From a virus (lineage: Duplodnaviria > Caudoviricetes), in the IMG/VR virus record IMGVR_UViG_3300032216_001431, positions 31,488 through 95,487 of that record: DNA of 64,000 nucleotides; one strand, given 5' to 3'. The translations under genes were made by a program, and so were the position numbers. The notes beneath the pieces were generated by a model that saw nothing but the letters and a program-made list of their open reading frames with translations, searched no databases and was not told the DNA's origin. Below, in pieces: positions 19,967 to 30,333 of this stretch. The first letter of the stretch is position 1. Each line of letters opens with the position of its first letter.

Positions 19967-20188
19967 ATGTCAGAACAACTTATGGAACAACCACAGTCAC
20001 CTCAGCAGGTGATTGAACTTGTGGTTCAGGAACTTCAGAATCGTATTGGTCAGGTAACGACTCAGTACGAAACAAATATGGCTGTGCTTAAAGCACAGGC
20101 TACTCAGGAAATTCAGAGCCGCGATAAGCGTATTGAGGAACTTTCAAGGGCGTTAGCAAATGCTGCGTCGAAGAACTCAAGCAACTAA
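19967..20188 (+). CDS. Coiled-coil hypothetical protein
   Basis: Good RBS; Q/E/L-rich heptads. Confidence 0.7.
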   Translation: MSEQLMEQPQSPQQVIELVVQELQNRIGQVTTQYETNMAVLKAQATQEIQSRDKRIEELSRALANAASKNSSN

Positions 20189-20549
20189 TAATACAAGAGT
20201 CCCCGGTGGGTTGATTGCAAGCACTGAAAAGGGAGACTACCTTGTAAAAGGTGTAAAACGATTCAGGTTTGTATCATCAAGAGCCAGAGATTCTTGGAAT
20301 TTGAGAATAGTTAAGACTACAGAGTTTGCAATGTCTGCTTATAAAGTGGCGGGAATTGTTGGTTTTCGTGATGGTACTTTAATTAGGGATATATCTACTC
20401 ATAAGATATACTTAATATCAGATTACAAAAAACGTCATATTGTTACTCCTGATATTTTTAAAAATTTGGGTTACAGTATGCGGGATGTGTTACTTGTTTC
20501 TTCTAAAGAGGCGGTAGTTCATCAAGAAGGGGAGCCTTTAAATGGCTAA
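20160..20549 (+). CDS. Hypothetical protein
   Basis: 129 aa; GFRDGTLI..IYLISD.KKRHI pattern. Confidence 0.6.
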   Translation: MLRRRTQATNNTRVPGGLIASTEKGDYLVKGVKRFRFVSSRARDSWNLRIVKTTEFAMSAYKVAGIVGFRDGTLIRDISTHKIYLISDYKKRHIVTPDIFKNLGYSMRDVLLVSSKEAVVHQEGEPLNG

Positions 20550-20949
20550 TAATATTATTGTTGATGTTAGTCAAATTAATAACGCTATTCAAGAGGTAGC
20601 GCACCTTAAAGCAGATATTAACAGAGAAAATGTTATTATTGATGGCATTACAAAAACTTTAAAAGATGGTAAGCATTTTAGTAAAACATATCCGTTAAAA
20701 GGAAATAATTGGACACAAACAACAGTCAGCGGAAAACATCAAAGAAGTTTAACCATAAAATATAGTGGTGTGCATTTTGTAATACCGCCAATTGTTAATG
20801 TGACAATTGAAGGTAATCATTCTGGTTTAACTGTTAGTATTAATCATAACGGTCATGATGGTTGTCATGTTAATGTTCAAAAAAGTTCAGGTAAGTTTAC
20901 TACTGCAGACTTAGCCCACAAGATTCATTTAATTGCTATCGGTTATTAA
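20542..20949 (+). CDS. Hypothetical protein, possible gp53-like/H-type-lectin fibre C-terminal domain
   Basis: F.IPPIVNVT...HLIAIGY ending. Confidence 0.5.
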   Translation: MANNIIVDVSQINNAIQEVAHLKADINRENVIIDGITKTLKDGKHFSKTYPLKGNNWTQTTVSGKHQRSLTIKYSGVHFVIPPIVNVTIEGNHSGLTVSINHNGHDGCHVNVQKSSGKFTTADLAHKIHLIAIGY

Positions 20950-21206
20950 TGTATAATCCCATTAGTTCATGGGGCAAAAAAGAGAAGCGTTATTATGATG
21001 GTTATATTATAATAAAAATACCAGAACATCCTAAGTCATTCAATAGTTGGTACTATGAGCATAGACTTGTAGTTGAAGCCAGCCTTGACAGAATTCTTGA
21101 AGACTGGGAAACTGTTCATCATATAAACGAAAACAAGGAAGATAACAGATTAATTAATTTGTTTCTTTGTACAAGAGCGCAACATAATAAAGCGCACAAA
21201 AATTAA
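20949..21206 (+). CDS. Small HNH endonuclease
   Basis: YEHRLV..E.VHHINENKEDNRL.NL..H. Confidence 0.85.
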   Translation: MYNPISSWGKKEKRYYDGYIIIKIPEHPKSFNSWYYEHRLVVEASLDRILEDWETVHHINENKEDNRLINLFLCTRAQHNKAHKN

Positions 21207-21214
21207 GGATATAC

Positions 21215-21970
21215 ATGACAAACGATCTTAAATGGATGATGGTTTCGGACGTTCATTTCCCTCGCCATGATCCACGAAAGGTAGAGTTGTTTTTAAAGGT
21301 TATGAAGGCTTTTAAGCCGGACGCAGTGGACCTCCTTGGAGACATTGATGATGCTGATTCAACTTCACGTTGGGCAGCAGATAAGCCTTTAGAAATGTCT
21401 GTTTCTATTTATGATGGTGGAGTTAGTGGAACTAGAGATTTTCTAGCAGAAATTAATAAAATTGTTCCAAAGGCAGACAAGCATTTTCATGATGGAAATC
21501 ATGGATGGACAAGGCATGGGGATTACCTTGCAAAGAAGGCTCCCCAGTTCTTAGAGTTACTTACACCTGATATTCTTTATGAATACAGTAAGAGTGGCTT
21601 TGATTGGCATTATTATGATGCACCTCCTGTTAGACGTTTTGGAGATATCTATGGTCATCATGGAGAATCTATTTCAAAACATTCTGGGGAGTCAGTTCGT
21701 AATGATGTAAACAATTGGGGTATATCCCTAGTGCGTGGGCATTCTCATAGGATGGGTGCGTATTTCCAGACGTATAATTTGTCTGGTCAAGAGTTGCGTG
21801 GATATGAAATTGGGCATCTTTGTGATGAAGATCAAATGGACTATTCCATTCAGAAAAATTGGCAGGCGGGATTCGCTGTAGCCCATGTGGTTAATGATTA
21901 TCCACATATTCAGTTAATACAAATACACGATTATACATGCGTAGTAGACGGTAAAGTCTTTACAGCATAA
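21215..21970 (+). CDS. Calcineurin-like metallophosphoesterase
   Basis: SDVH, GDIDD, GNH, HG and GHSH motifs. Confidence 0.9.
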   Translation: MTNDLKWMMVSDVHFPRHDPRKVELFLKVMKAFKPDAVDLLGDIDDADSTSRWAADKPLEMSVSIYDGGVSGTRDFLAEINKIVPKADKHFHDGNHGWTRHGDYLAKKAPQFLELLTPDILYEYSKSGFDWHYYDAPPVRRFGDIYGHHGESISKHSGESVRNDVNNWGISLVRGHSHRMGAYFQTYNLSGQELRGYEIGHLCDEDQMDYSIQKNWQAGFAVAHVVNDYPHIQLIQIHDYTCVVDGKVFTA

Positions 21971-21981
21971 AAGGAGAAAAC

Positions 21982-22311
21982 ATGTACGGATGGTTGGTAT
22001 TCGGTCTTGCAATTGCAGTTGTACTTCTAACTTCAGTTTTTAAGACCATTGACGTAAATTCAAAGATTAAGGCACTTATCGCAGTTGTCCTTTCAATTGT
22101 TGCTGGCGCAGTAACAGTGTGGGTAACTCAGGATGGTGACTTCTCTAGCATTAATATTACACAGGCAATTGCTCTAGTTTATGCAGCCTCACAGGTTGTA
22201 TATGATTTTATTTTCAAGGGCACTTCTGTAGATCAGGCACTAACTTCTCTTACACCTTTCGGTGGAGGAAGTTCAAGCCCAGTAGACGAACAGCCACCAG
22301 CAGGGGCGTAA
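21982..22311 (+). CDS. Holin-like membrane protein
   Basis: 2-3 hydrophobic helices with a polar C-terminal tail. Confidence 0.6.
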   Translation: MYGWLVFGLAIAVVLLTSVFKTIDVNSKIKALIAVVLSIVAGAVTVWVTQDGDFSSINITQAIALVYAASQVVYDFIFKGTSVDQALTSLTPFGGGSSSPVDEQPPAGA

Positions 22312-22502
22312 TGTACTGCCGTAAATGTAGCGGCAGAGTTTTTGTTGATAGAGTGTTTAGTTCTTCTCTAAGAACTGAGTTGTTCTGCATAATGTGCGGA
22401 AGACGATGGTTTATTAAAAATGGAAGTAATGGGTTTTCACAATGGTTAAAAACAAGAGAACAAAAAGTGGCGTTGGCGAACGCTGGACCTACTTCTATTT
22501 GA
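22311..22502 (+). CDS. Zn-ribbon protein
   Basis: CRKC...CIMC. Confidence 0.7.
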   Translation: MYCRKCSGRVFVDRVFSSSLRTELFCIMCGRRWFIKNGSNGFSQWLKTREQKVALANAGPTSI

Positions 22503-22963
22503 ATGAAAAGTTACATAAAACAATCTCTGTAAACAGGTCAGATAACTTGCTGGTTGCATGGGATTATAAAGAAGGTAAGCGCGTTGCCTATGTTTTGTCA
22601 GATGCATATAGACATAGGCAACGCGCTTATACCACTACACAGGTAGCACAAATGCTGGACCGCCATTATGACACAATAATTCGTCATATTGATGCCGGAA
22701 GCATTCCATATCCTCAACATGCTTATTCTTTAAATGGTAAAAGAAGAATCATTAGATATTTATTCAGTGAAAATGATATTAGACAAATTCATGATTTCTT
22801 AAAAACTGTACATATTGGTAGACCTAGACATGATGAAAAAATTACAAATAGCAATATGATCAGTAATGCTGAACTAGAAGCCTTGCTAAGAAACTCTACT
22901 GTACTATACACTAAGACAGGTGACGGGGAATTCGTTCCTGTCTGGAAGCAACCGGAGTGGTGA
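22442..22963 (+). CDS. HTH (MerR/excisionase-like) DNA-binding protein
   Basis: YTTTQVAQMLDRHYDTIIRHI..G.IP. Confidence 0.65.
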   Translation: MVKNKRTKSGVGERWTYFYLNEKLHKTISVNRSDNLLVAWDYKEGKRVAYVLSDAYRHRQRAYTTTQVAQMLDRHYDTIIRHIDAGSIPYPQHAYSLNGKRRIIRYLFSENDIRQIHDFLKTVHIGRPRHDEKITNSNMISNAELEALLRNSTVLYTKTGDGEFVPVWKQPEW

Positions 22964-23175
22964 TGGAAGAATCAAAGAAGTCAACATATGTTAATGCTGA
23001 GTTGTCATACACACGAAACCTTGGTAATTATGAAAACATTAAGATTAATTTAGGTGTACAAGATTATGTGCGTGATGGTGAAAACGTCAATGCAGCAATG
23101 GATAGAGTCTACGCATTTGTAGAAGATAAACTTATAACCAAGATGGAAGAAATCGAAAAAGAACTTAAGGGGTAA
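22957..23175 (+). CDS. Hypothetical protein
   Basis: YTRNLGNYENIKI motif; coupled to neighbours. Confidence 0.65.
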   Translation: MVMEESKKSTYVNAELSYTRNLGNYENIKINLGVQDYVRDGENVNAAMDRVYAFVEDKLITKMEEIEKELKG

Positions 23176-23177
23176 TT

Positions 23178-23501
23178 ATGACAAAGGACGATGCAAAGTT
23201 TGCACATTCCCTCCTAACCCTTTACTCTAATCTTTATTTAGATAAATATTCAAAAGCAGTAACTGTTAATCGCCATAGAGAAAAGTGGGCAATGGTTGAC
23301 GTTATTGATAGTATCGGTTACGAGCGTGCTAAAACTCTTCTGCTCTATTATTTTCAATGTAACAAGCCCGGTCATCCTCTTCAATGGTTTTATTTTAATT
23401 TTGACAAGTTAGATGAAATGTTGAAAAAGATTGAAGAAGATAAAGATAAACGTGCTAGGATGAGAGCGGCAACAAAGATGATGATGGAGGGTAAAGCATG
23501 A
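23178..23501 (+). CDS. Hypothetical protein upstream of the helicase
   Basis: 107 aa; ATGA overlap with helicase. Confidence 0.65.
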   Translation: MTKDDAKFAHSLLTLYSNLYLDKYSKAVTVNRHREKWAMVDVIDSIGYERAKTLLLYYFQCNKPGHPLQWFYFNFDKLDEMLKKIEEDKDKRARMRAATKMMMEGKA

Positions 23502-24721
23502 GTACAGAGTCGGCAGTCATTACGGCTGTCTGCAAGAATAAAGATATTTCAGTTCTTCTACAAGACAATGTAGATGATTTTTTTATTTCACACAGAGATG
23601 TGTGGGATGGGCTAAAGTCTTATTACTATAAGTTTAAATCAGTCCCAGATGTTGAAGTTCTAGTAGATCGGTTTAATAACTTTGATCCTGCTAAGGTAAC
23701 AGCAGAAACTGGTTACTACCTTGATCAACTTAAAGATGAGTATCTTAGTTCTAAGATTCGTAACATGCTTCTTAAGGCTGGTGGCGATTTAAAGGGTAAT
23801 GCTGCTGCGCGTGTTCTTACAGATATGCAGTCTGAGATTGCCAGTCTTTCACGGCTTACCTCTACAGTACGAGATTTGGATGTTACAGATTATGAAAATG
23901 CTAGTAAGCACATCGAGAATCTACGCGCTCGCTCAGAAGCGATGGGTGGATCACCGGGAATTCCCACAGGGTTCAAGGCTATGGATCTTGCGTATCCTAC
24001 GGGAATGGCACCGGGACATTTGATTGTTGCAATTGGTTGGCCCGGTAAGGGTAAGACATGGTTCACCTCGTATCTTGCATGTAAGGCGTGGGAACAAGGC
24101 TTTAAGCCAATGATTGTGTCCCTTGAAATGTCTCCTGAGAATATGCGTGACCGTATTTATACCATGCTTGGTAGCGGAATTTTTCGTGCCAGCGATTTCT
24201 CACGCGGTAATATTAATCTAGATGATTTTAATTCATGGGGTAAGAAGAATTTCACAGACAAGCGTGGCTTCGTCCTTGTTTCTAATGAAGGTATGGCTGA
24301 TGTTACTCCACAAACAGTTCAGGGTAAGATTGATCAGCATCGTCCAGATCTAGTAATCTGTGACTATCATCAATTATTTAATGATTCAAAGAAGTCTAAC
24401 AGTGAAGTAGAACGTAATCGTAATATTTCGCGGGAGTTCAAACTACTTGCTGTTAGGAATAACATTCCTGTAGTAGACATTACTGCTGCTACTGCTGACG
24501 ACGTTTCTGATCATAACGATCCTCCCATGCTTAATCAGGTTGCATGGTCTAAGGCTATTGAGTATGATGCAGATCACGCTTTTGCAGTACACAGGACTCC
24601 TGATACTAATATTATTGAAATTGTTAATAGAAAGAATCGTCACGGCACAGAATATGATTTCTACCTTGACTGGGATATTGATCGTGGTGTCGTTAAAGAA
24701 ATATATGGTGACCTGCAGTAA
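23498..24721 (+). CDS. dnaB: Replicative DNA helicase, DnaB family
   Basis: Walker A GWPGKGKT, SLEM, ICDYHQL, IEYDAD, KNRHG. Confidence 0.93.
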   Translation: MSTESAVITAVCKNKDISVLLQDNVDDFFISHRDVWDGLKSYYYKFKSVPDVEVLVDRFNNFDPAKVTAETGYYLDQLKDEYLSSKIRNMLLKAGGDLKGNAAARVLTDMQSEIASLSRLTSTVRDLDVTDYENASKHIENLRARSEAMGGSPGIPTGFKAMDLAYPTGMAPGHLIVAIGWPGKGKTWFTSYLACKAWEQGFKPMIVSLEMSPENMRDRIYTMLGSGIFRASDFSRGNINLDDFNSWGKKNFTDKRGFVLVSNEGMADVTPQTVQGKIDQHRPDLVICDYHQLFNDSKKSNSEVERNRNISREFKLLAVRNNIPVVDITAATADDVSDHNDPPMLNQVAWSKAIEYDADHAFAVHRTPDTNIIEIVNRKNRHGTEYDFYLDWDIDRGVVKEIYGDLQ

Positions 24722-24726
24722 TATCC

Positions 24727-24735
24727 TGATATAAT
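24727..24735 (+). promoter_or_regulatory. Extended -10 promoter TGATATAAT
   Basis: Intergenic consensus match. Confidence 0.6.
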
Positions 24736-24752
24736 TTAATCAGGAGAAATAT

Positions 24753-25028
24753 ATGCCAAAACAAATACATAACTTTACTATTAGTGGAGTTATTGGAGAT
24801 GATTCACATATCGTCAAGGCAAGAGAGAATTACGAGAAAATTCTTATTCAGCAGATGAGAGACAAAGGGTATGTCCCTGTCTTAGACATGCTACCTCAAT
24901 TTAAAATTTCATATATCGAAGCAAAAAATCAGTATGGATTTATTCTGACCTTGTATGGTATATTTATTGGCAAGTCAAAAGTAAACGATTTTATCGGTTT
25001 CTCCGGTCAAGACTTCATTCCTAGATAG
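24753..25028 (+). CDS. Hypothetical protein
   Basis: AGGAG RBS; MRDKGYVPVLD. Confidence 0.7.
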   Translation: MPKQIHNFTISGVIGDDSHIVKARENYEKILIQQMRDKGYVPVLDMLPQFKISYIEAKNQYGFILTLYGIFIGKSKVNDFIGFSGQDFIPR

Positions 25029-25035
25029 GAAAATA

Positions 25036-26076
25036 ATGTTGACAGACACATACAGTCAGGCCCACGTTAGAGCAATCATTAACGGTTTGGGTCTAAAAAT
25101 CTTTTCTGAAACGTATAATGATTTCTTATGCCTATGTCCTTTTCATGGGAATAGGCATACGCCTTCTTTTTCAATAAGTCATACGAAGGGTTTGTATCTA
25201 TGCTTTAATCCTTCATGTGATGCATCGGGAACTATTTTAGATTTAGTTAAGCAGGTTTCTCACAGAAATGATTACGAGTCTTTAAGGTTTATTCAGTCTG
25301 TAAAAGAAGATTCAGATATTAACTTTGAAGATGAGTTGGCTTCGTTGTTAGAAGACAAGCCAGAGTTTATTCCATTTCCGTTGGAAAAGTTAAAAGAAAT
25401 GCATCAGGATCTACTAAAAGAAAATAACTATGCTGCATATGATTATTTGCTGAAGCGCGGAATCAGTGGTAACTCAATTGATTATTTTGGATTAGGGTAT
25501 TCGTCTAAGCAAGATATGATTATTGTTCCAGTGCATAGCCCAGATGGGATTCCCGTTGGTTTAGTTGGAAGAGGTATTAGTGAAAAGAAGTTTAAGAACT
25601 CAAACAATTTGCCAAGGTCGAAGACGATGTTTAACTTGCATCGCGCTAAAAAATTTGGCGGTACAGTCATCGTTTGCGAGTCAAGTTTCGATGCTATTAG
25701 AATTCATGGTGCGGGATTCCCAAACGTCATAGCCACTCTTGGTGGATATATCTCAAAGGACAATCTATCCAATTTGAATAGATATTTCTCAAAAATAATT
25801 ATCATGACAGATTTTGATAATAAGGAAGAATACGTTGTAAGTAATTGTAGGAAGTGCTATCCTCAAGAATGTAAAGGTCACAATCCCGGCAGGGATCTTG
25901 GTGTGACGATTGCTAAGTCTTTGTTGAATAAAGATGTTCAATGGGCTTTGCATGATAGTAAGAATGTTTACCCAGACGGATGTAAAGATGCTGGGGACAT
26001 GACAGATGATCAGATCAAGCATTGTATAAAAAACGCTATAACAAACGTAGAATACTCTTCCCTAGATCTGTACTAA
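25036..26076 (+). CDS. dnaG: DNA primase (CHC2 zinc finger plus TOPRIM)
   Basis: CPFH..CFNPSC; CESSFDA; TDFD; KDAGD. Confidence 0.92.
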   Translation: MLTDTYSQAHVRAIINGLGLKIFSETYNDFLCLCPFHGNRHTPSFSISHTKGLYLCFNPSCDASGTILDLVKQVSHRNDYESLRFIQSVKEDSDINFEDELASLLEDKPEFIPFPLEKLKEMHQDLLKENNYAAYDYLLKRGISGNSIDYFGLGYSSKQDMIIVPVHSPDGIPVGLVGRGISEKKFKNSNNLPRSKTMFNLHRAKKFGGTVIVCESSFDAIRIHGAGFPNVIATLGGYISKDNLSNLNRYFSKIIIMTDFDNKEEYVVSNCRKCYPQECKGHNPGRDLGVTIAKSLLNKDVQWALHDSKNVYPDGCKDAGDMTDDQIKHCIKNAITNVEYSSLDLY

Positions 26077-26077
26077 A

Positions 26078-26086
26078 TGATATAAT
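26078..26086 (+). promoter_or_regulatory. Extended -10 promoter TGATATAAT
   Basis: Between the primase stop and the likely SSB start. Confidence 0.6.
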
Positions 26087-26135
26087 ATTAATAAGGACAA
26101 ACTACAAAGTCCATTACACATTAGGAGAATACATT

Positions 26136-26789
26136 ATGGGTTTAGTTAAAGGCTTAAAGGCCATGAACAGTACACTAGATAGGCCGTCAGGCGGCGACGG
26201 ACAGAAGGGCCGCTGGCTAAAGTTAGCCGACAATCAGAGCGTAAAAATTACATTTCTTCAGGAACTAGATCCTGATTCACCAACATACGATGAAAGCCGT
26301 GGGGCTGGGTTCATTGCTATGGAACATACTAATCCAAAGGATTACCGTCGCAAGGCGCTATGTAGCATTGACGATCAGGGTCGTTGTTATGGTTGCGAGC
26401 AGCATCGTAAAGATCCAAAGGCTGGCTGGAAGAGCCGTAGCCGACTTTATATTAATGTTCTAGTTGCAGATGGGACAGAAGATCCATACGTTGCTATCAT
26501 GTCTCAGGGTTCTGGCCCTAAGTCAGCGACACCAGAAATTATTCAGTATGCTGGCGAGACAGGTAGTATTACAAATGTTACTTGGCGTTTGAAGCGTGTT
26601 GGTCAGGGAACAGAAACAAGTTACAGTATTATCCCTCTCCCAATTACAGATCAGCCAAAGGGCGACTTTGAACTGTTCGATCTTGAGAAGATTGCTGTTC
26701 GTGATGTTCCTTATTCAGATCAGGCATCCTTCTACGATGGTCCAGATGCACCTTCGTCAGAATCATCGTCCACTTCGGATATTTGGTAA
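26136..26789 (+). CDS. Single-stranded DNA-binding protein, T4 gp32-like
   Basis: Start moved to 26136 (AGGAG RBS); H..C..CYGC zinc site, RLYINVLV, acidic/Ser C-terminal tail ending in W. Confidence 0.75.
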   Translation: MGLVKGLKAMNSTLDRPSGGDGQKGRWLKLADNQSVKITFLQELDPDSPTYDESRGAGFIAMEHTNPKDYRRKALCSIDDQGRCYGCEQHRKDPKAGWKSRSRLYINVLVADGTEDPYVAIMSQGSGPKSATPEIIQYAGETGSITNVTWRLKRVGQGTETSYSIIPLPITDQPKGDFELFDLEKIAVRDVPYSDQASFYDGPDAPSSESSSTSDIW

Positions 26790-26807
26790 ATATAACTATG
26801 TGCTAGA

Positions 26808-26844
26808 GTGGGGTGGGTCAATAGATCCACCCCACACATATTTT
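26808..26844 (+). terminator. 12-bp GC-rich hairpin between ssb and dnaE (terminator or operator)
   Basis: GTGGGGTGGGTC-AATA-GATCCACCCCAC followed by ACATATTTT. Confidence 0.6.
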
Positions 26845-26854
26845 AGGAGAAGCC

Positions 26855-29800
26855 TTGTCAGATTTTGTACACTTGCACGTCCATTCACATTATTCTTTGA
26901 TGGATGGGCTTTGCTCTGCTGAAGAATTGCTTGGTGCTGCAAAGGATCTTGGTCAAAATTCGATTGCTATTACAGATCATGGAACTCTTTCTGGGCATCG
27001 TGAAATGCAGGCGGCAGCAAAGACTGCTGGGATGAAGCCTATTCTTGGAGTAGAAGCGTACATTTCTGAGACAGACAGATTTGATAAGCGTGACATTAAG
27101 AATCGTGATGATAACACTCAAGTGTTTAATCATATTATTTTATTGGCGCGTGATCAGGAGGGGCTTAAGAATCTTCAGCATTTGTCAGAGTTGGCTTGGA
27201 CGGAAGGATTTTACAGGAAGCCTCGCATTGATTTAGAGATCTTGGGTGATTATGGCAATGGTATTACTGTTCTTTCTGGATGTATGAATGGTCTTATATC
27301 TAAGGCTATTGCAAAAGATAATCTTGATCGTGCAGAACAATTAACTCGCTGGTTTCGGGACCGCTTTGAGAATAATTTTTACATGGAGATTCAGCCGCAC
27401 AATCCTGCGTCGTTGAATCATGAATTACTTAGGCTTGCAGATAAGTATGGTGTTGCCCCGATTGTTACATCAGATTGTCATTTTGCTACTCCAGATCAAC
27501 GGGGCACAGAAGAGGCTTTGCTTATTCTGTCAACTAAGCCTTCTTATAACAAAGAAGCAGATTTTAGTCAGTCTCGTAAGATGGATTTGTTTGAAAGGTT
27601 TAATTATCTTTATCCAGATCGTCCGATTAGTTTCCAAGACATTGATGTTTATGTTCAAGACAAGATGGGTATTTCAGATACGCTAAAGGCTCAGGGTATT
27701 GATCGTAATGATATTTATGAGAACACTCTTGCAGTAGCGGATTCTGTTGGAGATTATGATTACATTGTTGGGAAGAATCTTCTTCCTGTTCCCAAGCGTA
27801 ATGCTCATGACAAGTTGCGTGAAAAGTGTCTTGAGGGTTTAATTAATCGAGGTATCATTGATGATAGTGTTTACAATGATAGGCTTGACATGGAATTATC
27901 AGTAATCAAGAAAAAGGATTTTTCCGCTTACTTCTTAGTTGTTGAAGATATGATTACATGGTCAAAGTCTCAGGGAATTCTTGTGGGGCCGGGACGTGGT
28001 TCAGCAGCAGGCTCCTTGGTTTGTTATCTACTTGGCATTACAGAAGTAGATCCAATTAAATATGGATTGCTGTTTGGTCGATTTATTAATGAAGAACGAA
28101 ACGATTTTCCTGATATTGATACAGACTTTGAAGATGTTAAGCGTAGTGATATTAAAGAGTATCTTCGTAAGAAGTTTAAGCATGTGGCATCTATTTCAAC
28201 TTATCAGTATTTTAAGGATAAGGGTGTCATTCGTGATGCTTCCCGCGTTTTTATGACTCCTTTGATTGAAGTTGATCGCGCAATGAAGACCGTAGACACC
28301 TTTGAGGATTTTGAAAAATCTCCAAACACACAAGAGTTCAGGCAGAAATATCCAGAGGTTCTGGACCTTGCTAGGAAACTTCGTGGACGCATTCGTGGTA
28401 CAGGTGTTCACGCATCAGGCGTCATCGTTTCTAATGTACCTATTGATAGGTATGCTCCTGTAGAGACTCGTAAAGATCCCGGTGATTCTGTTTCTGGTAG
28501 GATTCCAGTTATTGCATATGATATGGATCAGGCAGCAGATATTGGATTTATTAAACTAGATGTTTTGGGTCTTAAAACTCTGTCAGTCATTTCTGATACA
28601 GTTAAGATGATTGAGCAGAGGTACGGAAAAGTAATTGATCCAGTTAGCATTCCGTTAGATGATAAAAATGTTTATCACATGCTGTCTGTTGGTTTTACCA
28701 AAGGTGTTTTTCAGGCAGAGGCAACTCCTTACACTAATCTTCTTATGAAGATGGGTGTAGATAATTTTGAAGATCTAGTTGCTTCTAATGCTCTTGTAAG
28801 GCCCGGTGCTATGAATACTGTTGGTGCAACTTATGTTGCTCGTAAGCAGGGCAGGGAGCAAGTCAAGTATGTTCATGAAATCATGGAACCATTTCTTAAA
28901 CAAACTTATGGTGTTGTAATTTATCAGGAACAGGTTATGCAAGCATGTGTGTATCTTGCTGGCATGTCTTGGGCAGATGCAGATAAGATTCGTAAGATTA
29001 TTGGAAAGAAGAAGGATGTACATGAGTTTGATATATTCAAGGAACAGTTCGTTATGGGGTCAGCGGAACACATTGATAAGGAAGCCGCTGAGCAACTATG
29101 GCACGACTTTGAGGCGCACGCCGGATATTCGTTTAATCGTTCTCATGCCGTGGCATATTCCATGCTCTCATATAGAACCGCATGGCTTAAATACCACTAC
29201 CCACTTGAATTCATGTTCGCTCTGTTAAAGAATGAAAAAGACAATGATGCTAGAACAGATTATTTACTTGAGGCTAAGCGTCTGGGCTTGAAGATTATGC
29301 TTCCGCATGTCAACAGGTCTGAGATTGACTTTTCTATTCAAGAGGACGGGATCAGGTTTGGATTAGCCAATATTAAGTTTATTTCAGATAATATTGGTAA
29401 TAAGATTATTGATGCTAGGCCGTTTAAAACGTATAGCGAGTTGCTTGAGTTTTCTCAAAAGCGTGGCAGTGGAATTAATTCTCGCGCTATTGGGGCATTG
29501 AATGCAATTGGTGGAGCGCACTTTGATGATAATCCTAAGACTGGTAGTGAGTCAGACAATCTTTATGAGTATCTTAATATCCCAAAGTTTGATCTTAGTA
29601 AGATTACTCCAGAGATAAAGGCTCAGATCACTCCGTTGGATGATTTTGAGGAACAGGGATGTTTTATTGTTATGGGTATGGTTAAGTCAATTAAGCGTGG
29701 TACAGGTTGGTCGCGGGTAGAGTTGGTGGATGATACTGGTTCTATTGGTATTTTCCATAATGAAAACACTCAGATAGAAACAAATACTATGTACATGTTC

Positions 29801-30130
29801 CTTGTAGGTGACAATAGAATTCATCGATATGTTACTATTGATGATGTTGTAGAGAAAACGGACGATGTGTTTGTTCGTTATCTTAAAGCAGAAAAGATTC
29901 CTGCAAAGGATGGTGAGTACGCGGTAATTGATTTTACTCCGTATCGAACAAAAGCAAACAAGATGATGGGACACGTTATTCTTTCTAGCGGAGATAAACA
30001 GTTACGCAGAGTAATCGTGTTTCCTAAAAATTATTCGTTAGCCCTTGGTAAGATGAAGCCGGGGGTAATCTGTGATCCGATTATTAATCGTATGGATGAC
30101 GGAACCGTATTTGTAAAGGATATTAAATAA
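26855..30130 (+). CDS. dnaE: DNA polymerase III alpha subunit
   Basis: PHP domain HLHVHSHYS/TDHG; GRGSAAGS; PDIDTD; KLDVLGL; YSFNRSH; TTG start. Confidence 0.97.
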   Translation: MSDFVHLHVHSHYSLMDGLCSAEELLGAAKDLGQNSIAITDHGTLSGHREMQAAAKTAGMKPILGVEAYISETDRFDKRDIKNRDDNTQVFNHIILLARDQEGLKNLQHLSELAWTEGFYRKPRIDLEILGDYGNGITVLSGCMNGLISKAIAKDNLDRAEQLTRWFRDRFENNFYMEIQPHNPASLNHELLRLADKYGVAPIVTSDCHFATPDQRGTEEALLILSTKPSYNKEADFSQSRKMDLFERFNYLYPDRPISFQDIDVYVQDKMGISDTLKAQGIDRNDIYENTLAVADSVGDYDYIVGKNLLPVPKRNAHDKLREKCLEGLINRGIIDDSVYNDRLDMELSVIKKKDFSAYFLVVEDMITWSKSQGILVGPGRGSAAGSLVCYLLGITEVDPIKYGLLFGRFINEERNDFPDIDTDFEDVKRSDIKEYLRKKFKHVASISTYQYFKDKGVIRDASRVFMTPLIEVDRAMKTVDTFEDFEKSPNTQEFRQKYPEVLDLARKLRGRIRGTGVHASGVIVSNVPIDRYAPVETRKDPGDSVSGRIPVIAYDMDQAADIGFIKLDVLGLKTLSVISDTVKMIEQRYGKVIDPVSIPLDDKNVYHMLSVGFTKGVFQAEATPYTNLLMKMGVDNFEDLVASNALVRPGAMNTVGATYVARKQGREQVKYVHEIMEPFLKQTYGVVIYQEQVMQACVYLAGMSWADADKIRKIIGKKKDVHEFDIFKEQFVMGSAEHIDKEAAEQLWHDFEAHAGYSFNRSHAVAYSMLSYRTAWLKYHYPLEFMFALLKNEKDNDARTDYLLEAKRLGLKIMLPHVNRSEIDFSIQEDGIRFGLANIKFISDNIGNKIIDARPFKTYSELLEFSQKRGSGINSRAIGALNAIGGAHFDDNPKTGSESDNLYEYLNIPKFDLSKITPEIKAQITPLDDFEEQGCFIVMGMVKSIKRGTGWSRVELVDDTGSIGIFHNENTQIETNTMYMFLVGDNRIHRYVTIDDVVEKTDDVFVRYLKAEKIPAKDGEYAVIDFTPYRTKANKMMGHVILSSGDKQLRRVIVFPKNYSLALGKMKPGVICDPIINRMDDGTVFVKDIK

Positions 30131-30333
30131 TGACTGAAACAGTAAATGAAGAAGATTATGTACCAGTATCTGCTGAATTAATTTTGGCAGCAGTTTTGAA
30201 GACATTGGGAACAGTTTCTGTTCCTACAGAAGCGTTAATGCAGACTTATGATCAGTATCAGATTAAGGTAGATCAAGAAGTTGAAGATGAAATTACTCTA
30301 CAGTTGGTTGAGGTTTCAGATGACGAATCTTGA
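30130..30333 (+). CDS. Hypothetical acidic protein
   Basis: Coupled to the dnaE stop. Confidence 0.65.
   Translation: MTETVNEEDYVPVSAELILAAVLKTLGTVSVPTEALMQTYDQYQIKVDQEVEDEITLQLVEVSDDES

Noticed and set aside
20949-21206. Mobile homing endonuclease element
   Set aside because: Only 85 aa, with no separate DNA-binding domain or intron context; annotated simply as HNH
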